Below, one piece after another: positions 36,549 through 49,682 of a DNA stretch of 64,000 nucleotides. Origin of the DNA: Selaginella moellendorffii (lineage: Eukaryota > Plantae > Lycopodiophyta); NCBI RefSeq assembly GCF_000143415.4, contig NW_003314327.1, positions 582,775 to 646,774 of the forward strand, written 5' to 3'. A program made the translations under genes and the position numbers. The notes beneath the pieces were generated by a model that made no database searches, had not been told where the DNA came from, and was given only the letters and a program-made list of their open reading frames with translations. How positions within the stretch are numbered: the stretch's first letter is position 1; the number at the start of each line of letters is the position of its first letter.

Positions 36549-37750
36549 TTAAAAGTTCCTGTATTGATCGAGTTGGCGCTTCTTGGCCAGATCGCTGAAA
36601 ATGTCTGCCGAGTTGCGCTTGTACCGGAGGAAAAACTCCGCCATCAAGATCTCTTGCTGCTCCGGCTCTAGATCTCCATGAAACCCCTGGCCGGATCATC
36701 ACAAACGCTGTGAGAAACTCCTCACGCTTCCAGTGACTTTAAACTTACGTTCCTAGCGATCCTGTCACAAACGGCATGACGCATGAGAATTCCAGCCGCG
36801 ACCGACACGTTGAGAGAATCCACCATACCAAACATTGGAATCCCGCAAAGTATGTCCGCCTGGGACGTGGAGTAGTCACTGGCACCCCTGCGTGTAAGAA
36901 ACTACAAACGTAAGAAAGCTTCTTTTCTATAGCTGAAAAGAAAGATCCAATGACAACTAACTTACTCGTGCTCGTTACCGAAAATCACTGCAGTTGGAAT
37001 CGTCCAGTCCATATCACAGATAGAAACCTGGCAAGGACGAAGAACTCATAAACAAAAAAAAAAAGAAGAGGAAAATAGAGGCTTTAGTACCGTGTCATGA
37101 CTTGTGCTTGTCACTGCTATCCGGTAACCCCGAGATCTCAATGCTTGGATACAATCTTTTGCGCAGTTCCATACCTCAACATCTAGCCACCGTTCTGTCC
37201 CTCTATGTGCTCTCCTCACACCTTTGTACCTGAAGATCACACACAAAAACAACAAATGATATAGACGAAAGCTCGATCATCATTCCAAAAACTCACCCTT
37301 TAACAGTGAGAGACGTGATCACATGAACGGACTGGAAGCCAAACGCTTCCGCGGATCTAAAGATGGCGGCGATGTTGCCCGCGTTGTCCAGAGCCTCGGC
37401 CACGAAACACGCCGAGTAGCTCCTGCTGCGCACAACCCGCTCAAAGCGCTCCTTCATTTGCTTTTCCACGAACTCGGCCAGGGAAGCAATCACCACTTTG
37501 CTGCTGGATGATTGCTTCTCCTGTCTATCCAGATGGAACTCGTCCTTATAGGGGAACCAGGGGCGATTGGATGCCGGGGCAGCATCGATCAAGCATGCCT
37601 CGTGGTTGAAAATCTCTATATAGAGTGGTCTGGAATCACAACGTTTTGGACAATCTTACCTGGGACAATGGCGGGAGGACTCGTTGAAGGTATTTGCTGC
37701 CGCTGGAACGAAAACCGCACGGGGGAAATCGCACTAAGGCAGAGCAACAT
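36549..37750 (-). CDS. SpoU/TrmH-family tRNA/rRNA 2'-O-methyltransferase, probably organelle-targeted; multi-exon
   Basis: SPOUT motifs ALDNAGNIAAIFRSAEAFG, AVIFGNEH and IPMFGMVDSLNVSVAAGI. Last exon GFHGDL...RNF*. Confidence 0.88.
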
Positions 37751-38038
37751 CAGGAAACCCTAGCATTCTCCAAAATGGAAAAAGGTAAATATAAAAACAC
37801 TAAGGGTTACAAAGAAAAGAAGCTAGATAAATAGATCAACTAGGAGTAACTTGGTTTCTTAGTATGTAAAAGAAATAAAGAGAACTAGAACAGAATAAAA
37901 AGAGGAAAATTAAATTGGTGCTAAACTCATTTATATTTGTGCTTTTGGGCTTTTATTTTACATGTTATTTATTTAAATAAATATCTTATAATTATAGTAA
38001 ATTATAATAAAAATAGCTCAAATATAATTTAAAAGAGT

Positions 38039-40948
38039 TGTTAAATATATATATATATATATACATGTATTATCCTACCTAGATAATTAGTACTAGGATC
38101 ATCCATTTAAGACTTAATATGGTCCATTTATTCTTGTATATAAAGAGTAGTCTAAACCCTAATTAACATACTTATTTAAGCACTCACATTTATGGAAGTG
38201 AAGAGCATTGCTATTTATTCCTGAAGGGTAAAGCTTTTTGGCAGTACTTTACTTTAGTGTTTGGGTTTGTGTTTCTTGTTTTTATTACTTTATTATTTTT
38301 TAGATTTAGATTTATATTAGCTTTTTGCAAGATTTAGAATTCTAGCTTTCTTTGTGCTTAGATCTGCTGTTTTTTTTAATCTTCATTGCATTTTCTTTTT
38401 CTTCCATGCAATATCATCATCAATCAAGAGGTATATCACTTGAGGTTGTTAATATCATTTTGTTGGACTTAATTTTTGGTGTTGTGGGGTGTAATTGTAT
38501 TAGTGCTACACCCATCTTTGGTGTGTTATCATCTCTATCTTTTATAGGATGTGATTATTTAACTTATCATGTTTTCGGTGTTTTGCCATCTCCTATTTAT
38601 ATGGAGTGTGAACATGATATTGATTGGTAAATTATAGATGATGCAATCTAGCTTTTGGAAAATGTTTGAACATCAAGTTTATAGGAGGATAATGTTTACA
38701 AACTTGAATGGATTCTAAATTGTGATAATGATTTTGATTATTATAGAGATAGCTTTGGAGATGAGTTAGAGATTTCGCAAGGTAAGTATCAATTTGTAAG
38801 CCACTAAATTTCTATTTTACTTTAGTCATTTAACCACACCTTTAACCATTTGCAAGAGTTTTGCTCACGACCTCCATAAATCCTATTCTTGACTTGGGAT
38901 ATGCTACCCTCATAAATGGTATCTATGCCACCTAACCTTTGCACTTGGTCTAAGTGTTCCACGTGTCCAATCCCATAACCGACACTCAAAGGCACCACTA
39001 ACATATCATTCTACTACGCTAAAGCCATGCTCATTCACCTTTGTCACATTAGTAGTCCAAAACCACTTGCATCACAATCTTATCTCTCAAGAACTAGACC
39101 ATCTACCTATGAGTGGTTATTTCTTGACCACACTTTAGTACCTTTAGAATGCCTAGAGACATGGGGAACACCTTTCTTTAATGCCCCTTCTTCCATCTTC
39201 ACCAAATCTCTCTTCATTGACAGCTGTGCTTGCCCACACTACCACTGGGTTAAGGCCCAAAGACCCGACTACTAAGTCCCACTGTCCTTTGAGACTTCCT
39301 CACCATGTAACAGTATTTTTGGTCATTATACTAGAGGACTACCCTTCTTTCTTTCCACAATCTAAGACTTTAGGATGACATTTCGAAACACCATAGCTTT
39401 ATGCGAGCCTTATAAGTACTTTCCCCACCTTTCGCCTTTAGGTGCCCTAGCCATGTGGCTAGAACAAGGTTCCAATGAGCCACGCTAGGTATCTAAGTAA
39501 GTAGTGCCACCCACACTTGGATTGGGAGCATCGACAATTTAATCTCTCAGAGGAGTTAAAGCTAGCTCTTGAACATTTCACCAAGCTACCCCACTTGTCA
39601 ATTTATATTCACTTTAGCTTTGAACTCCTCAATGGTTTTATTATCACCCACCATGTGGGTATAACCTTCCTTGGTCACATTGGCTTTTCTTGACCAAACT
39701 GGCTCCATTGGAGCCCTCTGCTTATTATACTTTTGGAGCTCACTAAACCCCCTAGAGTCTGAGAGATGAACACTTTGGGCTTTCACCCTCAAACTCAGAC
39801 TCGAACTCAGACTTAGACCCGAATTTAGACTTGGACTCAAACATAGTCCTAGTCTCAGTCTTAGTCTCAGTTTTGGCCTCGGTCTCAGTCTCGATCTCGG
39901 TCTCGGTCTTAGTCTTGACCTCGAACTCCATCTCAAGTTCATCTCAGACTCCATCTTGGGTCCATCTTAAACTCCATCTTAGGTCCTTCTCAAACTCTAT
40001 CTCAAACTCCATCACGGGTCCATCTCAAACTCTATCTTGGATTCCATTTTAGACTCAATCTCGGACTCCATCTCAAGTCCATTTCGGACTCCATCTCGGA
40101 CTCTATCTCGGGTCCATCTTAGGTCCATCTCGGATTCCATCTGGTGTCCATTTCGGATCTATCTCAAACTCGATCTCAACATTTCCACATGTCATATGTT
40201 GATCTTCTCATATCCCTTTTTTAGAGACTCACTTATTACTTGCTTCTCGAGCTTTTTGTTGGGAGTTCCAATCCCACTCTCAACTTTCTAAGTCGGAGCT
40301 TTCAATCCAAATGTGTTACACTTGTTTGGCTTTTGCTTCGGCTCCTACCACGTGGCACCCTTTTGGCTCCACTTTGGAGCTTAGGAATTTATGTCTCACA
40401 CAATCCTTTAATCTACCATTTAATTGATTTGAATAATTGTCTCAAAGGATTATTGATGCGCAAACTTAAAGGCAATTGCTACAATGGCATTTCATGAACT
40501 ATAATGGTTCTTGAAGCCCCTTGTTTTGGTTCAAAGTTATGGCTTCAAGGTTAGTTTAAGCATTTAACAATTGCCAACTAGTTCATTGAGATTCCACAGT
40601 TAACTATTATTTATGCCATGGGTTTAGATTCTATTTCAATCATGCTTATCAACTACTATATTAATGGTTATATGGAAGTTTCAAGTTTTTGTAATAGTTT
40701 ATAATCACCTAATAGAAGCTCCAGATGTTCCATTTAACTTATTATCATTACCCTTTCATCTTCTTGAGGAGAGGATGGTGTAAGATTTGTAAACACATAT
40801 ATATGTATTACCCTACTCAGGTAATATACTAATTATAGTACTTTAGCATATGGATCATCCATTTAGACTTAATTTGGTCCATCTATTCTTATATATAAAG
40901 TAGGGGTCTAAACCCCAATTACCTATTCCTATATCTCAAGTACTCACA
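38039..40948 (+). mobile_element. Old non-autonomous short-LTR retroelement (element A); LTRs ~38039-38188 and ~40778-40948
   Basis: Direct repeats GGATCATCCATTTA..TGGTCCAT..TATATAAAG..CTAAACCC..CACTCACA. Degenerate PBS-like TTATGGAAGTGAAGAGCA after the left copy and purine tract GAGGAGAGGATGG before the right copy. TSD not clean. Confidence 0.65.
38795..40400 (-). mobile_element. Solo LTR of family B, inverted, nested in element A
   Basis: Reverse complement of the 59716-61502 LTR, including the repeat array. TG...CA ends; flanks CAATT/CAATC (5-bp TSD, 1 transition); heavy C>T decay. Confidence 0.88.
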
Positions 40949-43219
40949 TAGTTAAAAGTTATTATATCAAACTTTCTTCTATTTTTTTTAGCATTAAATA
41001 TATTTTTGAAAAAACTCATAAAAGTTTCTTAATTGCACTTAAAATTTTCAATATAAATTCTTCACAATGTGAGTGCATGGAATATGGAAATAGAATACAT
41101 AAATGTGTATATCAATTACCCCAAAAACCCTAGCTTATATACAGGAACGAGTTGTCTGGATTGAAACTAATTCGACAGTTCAAAATCCAACTACCTTTAG
41201 TAGATGAGCCGGGATTTAGAGGAACATCAGGAGGAGCCATCGGTGGATCTATAGGTAATGCTAGCTGTTCCTGATCACTTTATATGAATTGTTTTAGTCA
41301 TTGTACATGCACAATTTCTGGAGGATCGACCTATTGAACATTATGCCAAACCTAAAAAATTTGTGGTCCAACTTGCTACAACACCTAATATAGTCCCTTC
41401 CATTGAGCAAGAAGCCCTTTAAATAAACCACATAGCATAAGATTAGGAAAATGGACTAATACTAAGTCATCCATTTTATACTCTACAAATGAACAATGAT
41501 AAGAGTTTTAGCATTGTTGTTGTCTCACTTGAATGCAATCTAGGTGTTTGGCAAACTCTACTTGGACTAAGGACTCATCAAATATTAATCCCAAGATCTA
41601 TCATCAATAGCTCGTGGCAATCACGAAGATAAACTCAATTCCGTTGGTAATATTGGATCATGACCACATCATATCTTCAACCAATAGAAAGATTTATGTA
41701 GTTTCTCAATCACACAATAATGTCCCATATGCCACATAGAATAGAAGAATCATAAAGATATGTATAAAGTTTCTTGAAACCTCAAACTACTGTTAAACAC
41801 TCTTTCTCTATTGTGGAATAGTTCACCTTTGTTAGTTGTAATGTATGGCTAATGTATGCAATGGGATGGTATTGATCAGGCACACTCAGGCATTAATACA
41901 CCTCCAATACCAATTGCATCAACACATCTCCAAGACCAATATTAAAAGCATCCAAGTGCAAAATGAAAAGTTAAGTGTAGTTAGAATATGCCAAAACTAC
42001 AAGAGTTATTAATAACTCTTTGAGATCCATAAATGCTTGCTCACAATTAATAGACAACATGAAAGACATTATTGACAATTTCAATAATGCTTGCAATGGT
42101 GTAGTAAAATAAAAAAAAATGATCAATAAAACAGCCAAGATATTGCACCTTGCCTAAGAAGTGTTGCACATCATTTACACACTTTAGAGTAAGGAACTTA
42201 AAAACAACCTTAAATTTGTTAAAATTAACTTTCAAACCTTCACGAGGAATACTATACCTAAAATAAGTGATATTCTTGGACTTAAATCACACTTTGATTA
42301 CTTCAACTTTAAACCAACTTCTCACAACCAATCCAACACTTTATGAATATCACGGATGTGTTCCTCCCAAATCAATCAAGATATCATCAATGAAGTTAGT
42401 AGTCATTTTTGGCATATTGTAAAGAACCTTGTCCATCATCCATTAAAATGTCACTAGAGCATTGTGCAAATGAAACACCATCACCAAAAACTTGTATAAA
42501 CCAAATGATGTATGAAAAATAATTTTGGGAATATTTTCATCAGCCATTGGTACTTATCCATATCTAGAGCAAGATCTAACTTGGTGAACCAACAACTTCT
42601 CCCTAAACGATCGAGGAGATAAGTAGTGTGAAGCAGAGGGTACATATATGGGATTGTCACTTCATTTAACATATAATAGTTAATGCTAAAATAAATACTT
42701 CCATCAGACTTCGTCATAAAATGAGGTTCACATGCCCAAGGACTATACAACTTTAAAATAACACGATTGTCTAAGATCTCCTTGACATTTACATATAAAA
42801 TTGTGATCTCTTTTAGTGACTGATGACAAATATGAACCTTAACTGGATGAGCATCCCAGTTGGAATAGGATGATATGTTACAACCTTGGCCCCAGACAAC
42901 AAGTCAAATTCAAAGATAGCAACATACTCTTTCATAAGTCAATCAATTGCTAAGTATAGAAGAATAAAATGAAAACATAGAAGAAAGTTGTGAGACACAA
43001 AATCCCTAGACCCCAAAGTGGAGCCGGAAAGGGTGCCACATGGTAGTGGCCGAAGCGAAAGCCAAACAAGCATAACACGTTTGGACTAAAAACTCTGACT
43101 TGGAAGGTCGAGGGCGGGAGTGGAGCTCCCAACAAAGTTCTCGAGGAGCGAGCATGAGGCAACCAAAGCAAGGCTCCAAAAAAGGACCTAAAAAGGACCA
43201 ACACATGAGACGTGGAAGA

Positions 43220-43680
43220 GTCCGAGATGGACCCGAGTTGGAGTCCGAGGTGGAGTCCGAGATGGAGTCCGAGGTGGACCCGAGTTGGAGTCCGAGGTGG
43301 AGTCCGAGATGGAGTCCGAGATGGACCCGAGATGGAGTCTGAGATGGAGTCTGAGGTGGACCTGAGATGGACCCGAGGTGGAGTCCGAGATGGAATCCGA
43401 GATGGACCCGAGTTGGAGTCTGAGGTGGAGTCCGAGATGGAGTCTAAAATGGACCTGAGTTGGAGTTCGAGGTGGAGTCCGAGATGGAGTCCAAAATGGA
43501 CCCAAGATGGACCCGAGATGGAGTCCGAGATGGACCCGAGATGGACCCGAGATGGACCCGAGATGGAGTCCGAGATGGACCTGAGATGGACCTGAGATGG
43601 AGTCCGAGATGGAACCGAGACCAAGACCGAGTCCGAGTCCGAGTCCGAAACCGGGACCGAGACCAAGTCCGAGTCCGAGT
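43220..43680 (+). repeat. 11/12-bp tandem array (GAGATGGAGTCC / GAGATGGACCC) followed by 6-bp GAGACC/GAGTCC units, in the 5' LTR
   Basis: Read directly; homologous arrays at ~59945-60470 and, inverted, at ~39790-40180. Confidence 0.95.
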
Positions 43681-45907
43681 ATGAATACTAATACAGGTAG
43701 TTGGGTGAAAGCCCAAAGCGATCATCCCCCAGGGGGGGGGGGGGGGGGGGGCTGCGGGGGGTTCCAAAAGTATAGTAGGGAGAGTGTGGGGGTTGGAGCC
43801 CAGTGGAGCCAGTTTGGCCAGGAAAGGCCAGTTTGGGCCAGGAAAGGCCAGTTTGGCCCGGGAAGGCCATACCCAGTGTTGGGTGATGAACTGACCACTG
43901 GGAAGTCCAAGACTAGAGTGAATACGGACCGACAAGTGGGGTAGCTTGGTGAAGTGTTCAAGAGCCGGCTCTAGTTCCCCCAGGAGATCGACTAGCCGAT
44001 GCTCCCAGTCCAAGTGTGGGTGGCACTACCTACTTGGATACCAGGCGTGGCTCAATGGAACCTCGCTCTAAGCCCATGGCTAGAGCACCCAAATGCGGAA
44101 GGCAGGGAGAGTACCCATGAGGCCCGCGTAGGGCCACGGTGTTCCGAAATGTTGTCCCAAAGGCCCAGACTGTGGAAAGGAAGAGGAGTAGTCCTCCGGT
44201 GTAGTGACCAAGGATACAGTCGAGTGGTGAGGAAGTCCCAGAGGACCGTGGGACTTAGTGGTCGGCCTATGGGCCTCGATCCAGTGGCAGTGTTGGCGAA
44301 CATGGCCATGGGCAGAACGGGACTTGGTGAAGACCGGAAAAGGGGTATTAAGCTCTATTTCGTTAAAGTGGGATTTATTCAGTAAAATGGGACTAGGTAC
44401 AAATTTTCAAGTATTTGAAAATGACGTGAAATTATATGTTTTTTGTCCAGGGGCTAGACATATCTGGGGCATGGTGACTAGCGCGGTGACTTTATGTCCA
44501 AACTGTGTCCATCTGGTTGTATAATAAATCTCATTGTCAAGGTGAACAAGCCGAATCTGAAGCTAAAGAAGAGTGATGGCATGCGCGCACACACTATTTG
44601 TTTGTTCATTGAGCGTGTGGTGAGCTTTCCAAGATGAACGTCATTCCTATTAGCCAGACATATAACTTAATGGTGAGAACATTTAGATATTATTCAATGT
44701 TATCTTTTTCTAACGAATCTAATTGTGAAGGTGTAGCAAGAGGCATTGCTAGTCTGGAGAAGTCATTTAACTCATTTGACCCTTAGTGTATTTTCATGAA
44801 ACTAAATAACATTCATATTATTAAGGAATTTCTCTAGTACCTTTTTTTTACGACATAGAGGCTTGCATTTCTTTCAAAGGTGATTTAGTAAAAGGCCTGA
44901 GGGCACATGCCATTCTATTTCTTAGACCGGTATTAAGATATACTAGTGCAAAGGGAAAAAGGTATTTGGTGATCAAGTAAATGGCATGAGGGCACACGCC
45001 ATTATAAGCCTAAGCGCTAGTGGACACCTCCTTTTTGGTACTCTCAGCGGTACTATCATCCTTCTCCGGGTCAGTTGTTTTGCTTTGGATTGTTGTCTCT
45101 GACGTTACTGGGGCGTTCTCGATAGTTGTTAATGTTGCCGTTTGTTCAGAAAAATGATCACCTGGAGTATAGTACGGGGAGTTTGGAAGACTTATATATT
45201 CTACATCTTCACCTATCTCCTTCTCCGTCTCCTTTTCTGCCTCACTTACAGATTTTGTGCTTGCCATGAGAACGCTCTTCACCCTAAAATATGGAGTTCA
45301 TTGTGTTATAAAAGGAAACCAACACACACGCTGCAAGGGAATGATGGTACATAAAGCACGTAAGCCCACAATATGGATTTATGTGCCATTAATATGGGCC
45401 ACACGCCATATTATTAGATTTATGCACGTGTGATTGGTAAATGCATATGTCACATCATCTTTGTTTTACCTCACACACTATATCAGGCCTAATGAACCAT
45501 ATCACATGTGCGCACATGCTATATATATGGAGAAGTATTATGCAAGGATAGAAAAATTCAATGCATGATTGTGGAGAGCAATGGCATGAAGCCACATGCT
45601 AAATAACATTTTAGAGAAAGAATTAAAATAAAAACATGCAAACAGTACTGAGTGGACCAAGACTTAGAAGTGCACAATTGAATGAGGTATTTCTAATAAA
45701 TATTTCACTCACCTCATATAGGAATGGCTACCACTCTCAAATGGCGTATCGCCTCATGCCATCACCTCGCAATTTGTTATAACAATCCGATGAATTCATA
45801 TTCGGCTTGTTCACCTTAAACTTTAAGTAAGATTTGCTAGAACAACTAAGAATTTATACTTGTTATTTGTATCATCTCACCTAGGAATGGCGTAAGGCCA
45901 CATGCCA

Positions 45908-48900
45908 TCACGCCTCCTCTGATTCAGATTCGGATTGTTCACCTTGAAATAAAATACATTAGAAACTTAGTAAAGGAATATTAATGAATCTCACCTTGAA
46001 CCCGGGTTATGAATGCTCTTGCTGCATCTCTTGCATGGTCTAGCAAGGTGATGGTGGCACTCTGCTTCCGCATCCAACCATGCACAACATTATCCACCGA
46101 TATGCTCATGCTGAGATCCCTTGGATTCAGCACCTATCTCTTTTCTAGGCAATCCTTCGTATATCCGGAACTTGGCCTGAACCACTCCACAGTTACATTG
46201 AAGGAGTTAGTTTCTGCGTCCTCCTCTGCATCAGTGATGCAGCGCCCCACCCATATCATTTGTTTTTTATTACTGGGTCTGACAAGCACGACCATTCCTT
46301 TGCAGACCTGTACTGGATTGAATGCTGAATCCGGCTTCTTGTTCCTCGGCCCACAATAGTGATCCTCAACATCGTTATCTGTCACTACATTTCCAGAGGA
46401 CATTGTTCCGCTACTATCTGGTGCTCTGGGTTCTGGCCAAAAGGACTCTTCCAATTCTTCATATACAACCGGCCCATTTTGGATAGCAGATATAATCTTC
46501 TCCCAGTATTCGAGCAAAGGCTTGCACCTCTGAAAATAGGATTCTCCACCAAACACCAACCCCCTCTTCCAGAAGGCAATATGCTGTCTAATCCCAGCCA
46601 CTATACTTTCCTGGTCTTTGAGTCCATCCGGGTGCATCGGCCGTGGGGAACCCTGAGGAATCATAGGTTCCCCAGTTATGGGATCTCTCTTGAAGAGTTC
46701 AATGCCGTCCACTGGCAGCCACACTGTGTCCCATTCTTTCATCTTGTACCTCATCACTGGAGCACCGTCACACATGTTGAAATGAAACTGAAGAGGCTTG
46801 GAGTGGCCAATCAGCGTTTCGGATCCGTCCCTGATGTAGCCTCTTACAAACCCCTTAAAGTCTGGAACCTCTGTCAGAAGTGCAGCTTCAACAGTGTCTT
46901 TGATGCAATTTTGGAATTCATCGTAGAGTTGTGGGAGGGTGAGGACATTGGATCGCCGGAGGGACTCTGCCAGGTGACTGAACATGGCATCGACGTCTTC
47001 ATGAGTGTGCCCAACCATGAGAAAGCCAAGTGTAACCGTTTCAAATATGCCTTTGGCAACAAGCATCGCCAAGTACGCGAAGATGTACATGTTTTTGTTC
47101 TCACTGCCAGCATTGTCTGTTTGGAGCAGAAGATGGGGTGGAAGGCCACATCGGCCGCAAGAACTTCCTTGAGATTCTGTTTCGTTTGGATGAGGCTGTG
47201 CATTCACCGGGCGACCAGCCTCGTCGGAATGGCATGAGGCCTCACGTGATAACCCTACAATCTGATGGCCAACATATTCACTGGGATGGCATGGGGCCCC
47301 ACGCGATACTGCAAGCCTTTGCTCCTCCTCCAGCTGAACCCTGTATGGGGTTCGATCGACAAGGGCCTTATGCAAGGGTTGGCCGTTCAACCCAGTCTGC
47401 GCACTTTGCAGAGACCTTAAGTGTTTTGCTAGGGACGCAATCATCATGTTTGCACCCCCGCCACCCCATAGAGGTACAAAGAAGTTCCCATAGTTCTGGG
47501 CACCATGCCCATGAGCGATTATGCCAAATAGAGACACAAGCAGCTGCATGGATGAAGAGATTGCCTTAGGGGCAGGATTGAGTCGAGGTAAGCACGTCTT
47601 TTTCTGGTCCATTTTGTCGTGGATGATGCAAAGGTAAGAGTCAGGTCTCTCCATGGAGAGAATCCTGTTATGATAATATGCAGTCCTGCAGCTTCTCTGC
47701 TCGATGTTGTGGTCGAGCCGCCTTCTAACCAACGTCTCTCGCTCTTGAGCGCTGTAAGAATTCTTCGACAAAGCCATTTTGATAGCAGTGCACTCGTCAC
47801 ACTTTGAAAAGCTAGAGTACTTTCCTATACTCACATCCCTGAACCTGTTGCTCCACAATCTACTAAATCTAGATTGGCTCAGCTTCCTGTAGCCATTACT
47901 CTGGAGTTCCCGATTCACATCTTTCAATATGGCCCCCTTGGTATACATGGAAGGGAGAACTCGTTGGGTGTCTCGTGTTTCATCTTCCAAGAGGCGGGTT
48001 TTATGTGGTTGCTGCTCGCTACATGTCTCGACAAACCTCTTGAAGATTGCCTCTCCATATACAACATGACCCCTGGTTTTGTGCATACCGTCGTTCCCAT
48101 GGACTGCCTGTTGAACCCTTTGTTCCTCGAACTCAGTTTTGATTCTGTAGAATGTGGTTCGAGGGACTCCATAAATGATTCTCCATGCCTTCATGCAGAC
48201 CAAACCCCTCTGGAAGACCATGCCCCCCACCTGATGTTCTGAAGCATCAACAGATGACCGTAATGCCTCATACACAAAATTGCGAGCTGCCTTCCAGGAC
48301 AATGTCTTGTATCTTGCTCTCTCCTCTTCAATAGCATCCCAATCAGCATGTTGACAGCACCTCCTCTTGCAACAAGCAACTGTCGAGACCATTCGAACCT
48401 CCATCGCCATTTTCTGCCTTTTCGGTTCGTTGCTCAGATCCCTTTGGCTGCGCTTTAGGAAGGTGTACTTTCTTTTCCCATGAAGAGATGTTCTGTCATC
48501 AGTTGTAGTGGTGTTTGATTGTGAATCCTTCACATTCTCAAACACTAAGTGCCTCAATTTCCACCGCACAATGCTTCCAATAGTCAGACTGTTTTCTTCT
48601 GTGTCAACAACCTCTAAAATCGCTACTCCAATATCATCCCAGCCCAATTCTTGATTAGCAACCGCATCTCTTGGATCGACAACTGTGGCTAAGCCCTCAG
48701 CTACCACCTCCCCCTCGGGGTTGTTTAGAAACACCTTTGCCTGAATCCATGTAGCACGGTTCTTAAGATCCACGGAGGGAACATGCGTCGCACTTGCGCT
48801 GTCCCCAACATCTGCTTTCTTCTGAAGATTTTTCAAGGCAGCAACAACATTTACCCCGACGACCATCTCTCCTCGTTCAATAGCGACCACATTCCCATCA

Positions 48901-49049
48901 AAGACAGTCTCTACTGATACAGCAGCATTGCCTTCCCCAAGCCTTTGACAGTGTATAACAAAGTTCTGATCCATAGACACAAGGGTCCCTTTTGCAACTC
49001 TCTTCCCACCATTCAAAATGTAAACCTTTTCCCCAACCCTGAAGGCCAT
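45908..49049 (-). CDS. Sola-like DDD transposase with N-terminal duplicated Tnp1-like domains and C-terminal BAH/SH3-like domain; one premature TAG
   Basis: 971-aa ORF with KCDEC...H, IIHDKMDQ, LQTDNAGSENKN and FLMVGHTHEDVDAMFS. The frame continues past TAG 46134 to a GTGAG donor, then a short exon GEQSESESEEA* (stop 45908). Confidence 0.85.
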
Positions 49050-49237
49050 TCTGAAAGTGCAGAAAATAAGTTAAAACCATACAAAAAATGATTGGAGAAT
49101 GGCCTAAATCATAACATACCAAACAACCTCAATAGCATGAGGCCACATGCCATTATTCAAACATGCTATTGACACCCACGTGAAATTTCGCATTCACAAA
49201 ATTGGCATGAGCCCTCATGCCATTAGTGGTACCACTA

Positions 49238-49420
49238 ATGGCATGAGGCCTCACGCTATCTTTGGCCCCTACTAGCCTGTTGCTATATTCCTTTTGCCTT
49301 GCTGCAACTGTATATATTTTTGTGTGCGTGACTAGTCACCCATACAAAAATATATACAGTTCAAAAGGAATATGGCAATAGGCTAGCAGGGGCCAAAGAT
49401 GGCATGAGGCCTCATGCCAT
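49238..49420. repeat. ~183-bp near-perfect inverted repeat (hairpin) capped by two 22-bp palindromes
   Basis: Centre GTGACTAGTCAC (~49328-49339). Arms pair over ~85 bp with one 9-nt bulge. Confidence 0.92.
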
Positions 49421-49611
49421 CTTGATATACACACAGCTGCAGGCAAGTAAAAACATACATGACAATACGCTAGCCATGAAATTGCAAGGGCCCAAGATGG
49501 CATGTGGCCTCATGCCATTTCTAAATGTGGTCCTAAGCCATTCCATGGTGAACATACCAGGAAGCACAAGTGCCGAATATCAAGAGGAAGCGGTAGCCAC
49601 ACCAAAGACAG

Positions 49612-49682
49612 TGCCGCTCGCAACACCGCAACTACTCGTAGCGCCGCTCGCAACACCGCAACTGCTCGTAGCGCCGCTCGCA
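49612..49682. repeat. 30-bp CG-rich tandem repeat (~2.3 copies)
   Basis: GCCGCTCGCAACACCGCAACTRCTCGTAGC x2 plus a partial copy. Confidence 0.9.

Noticed and set aside
42950-44013. Long ORFs (SISDSISGPSR / MESEMD repeats), also at 59653-60737 and 39598-40291
   Set aside because: These are translations of stop-poor LTR tandem arrays, open in several frames on both strands.
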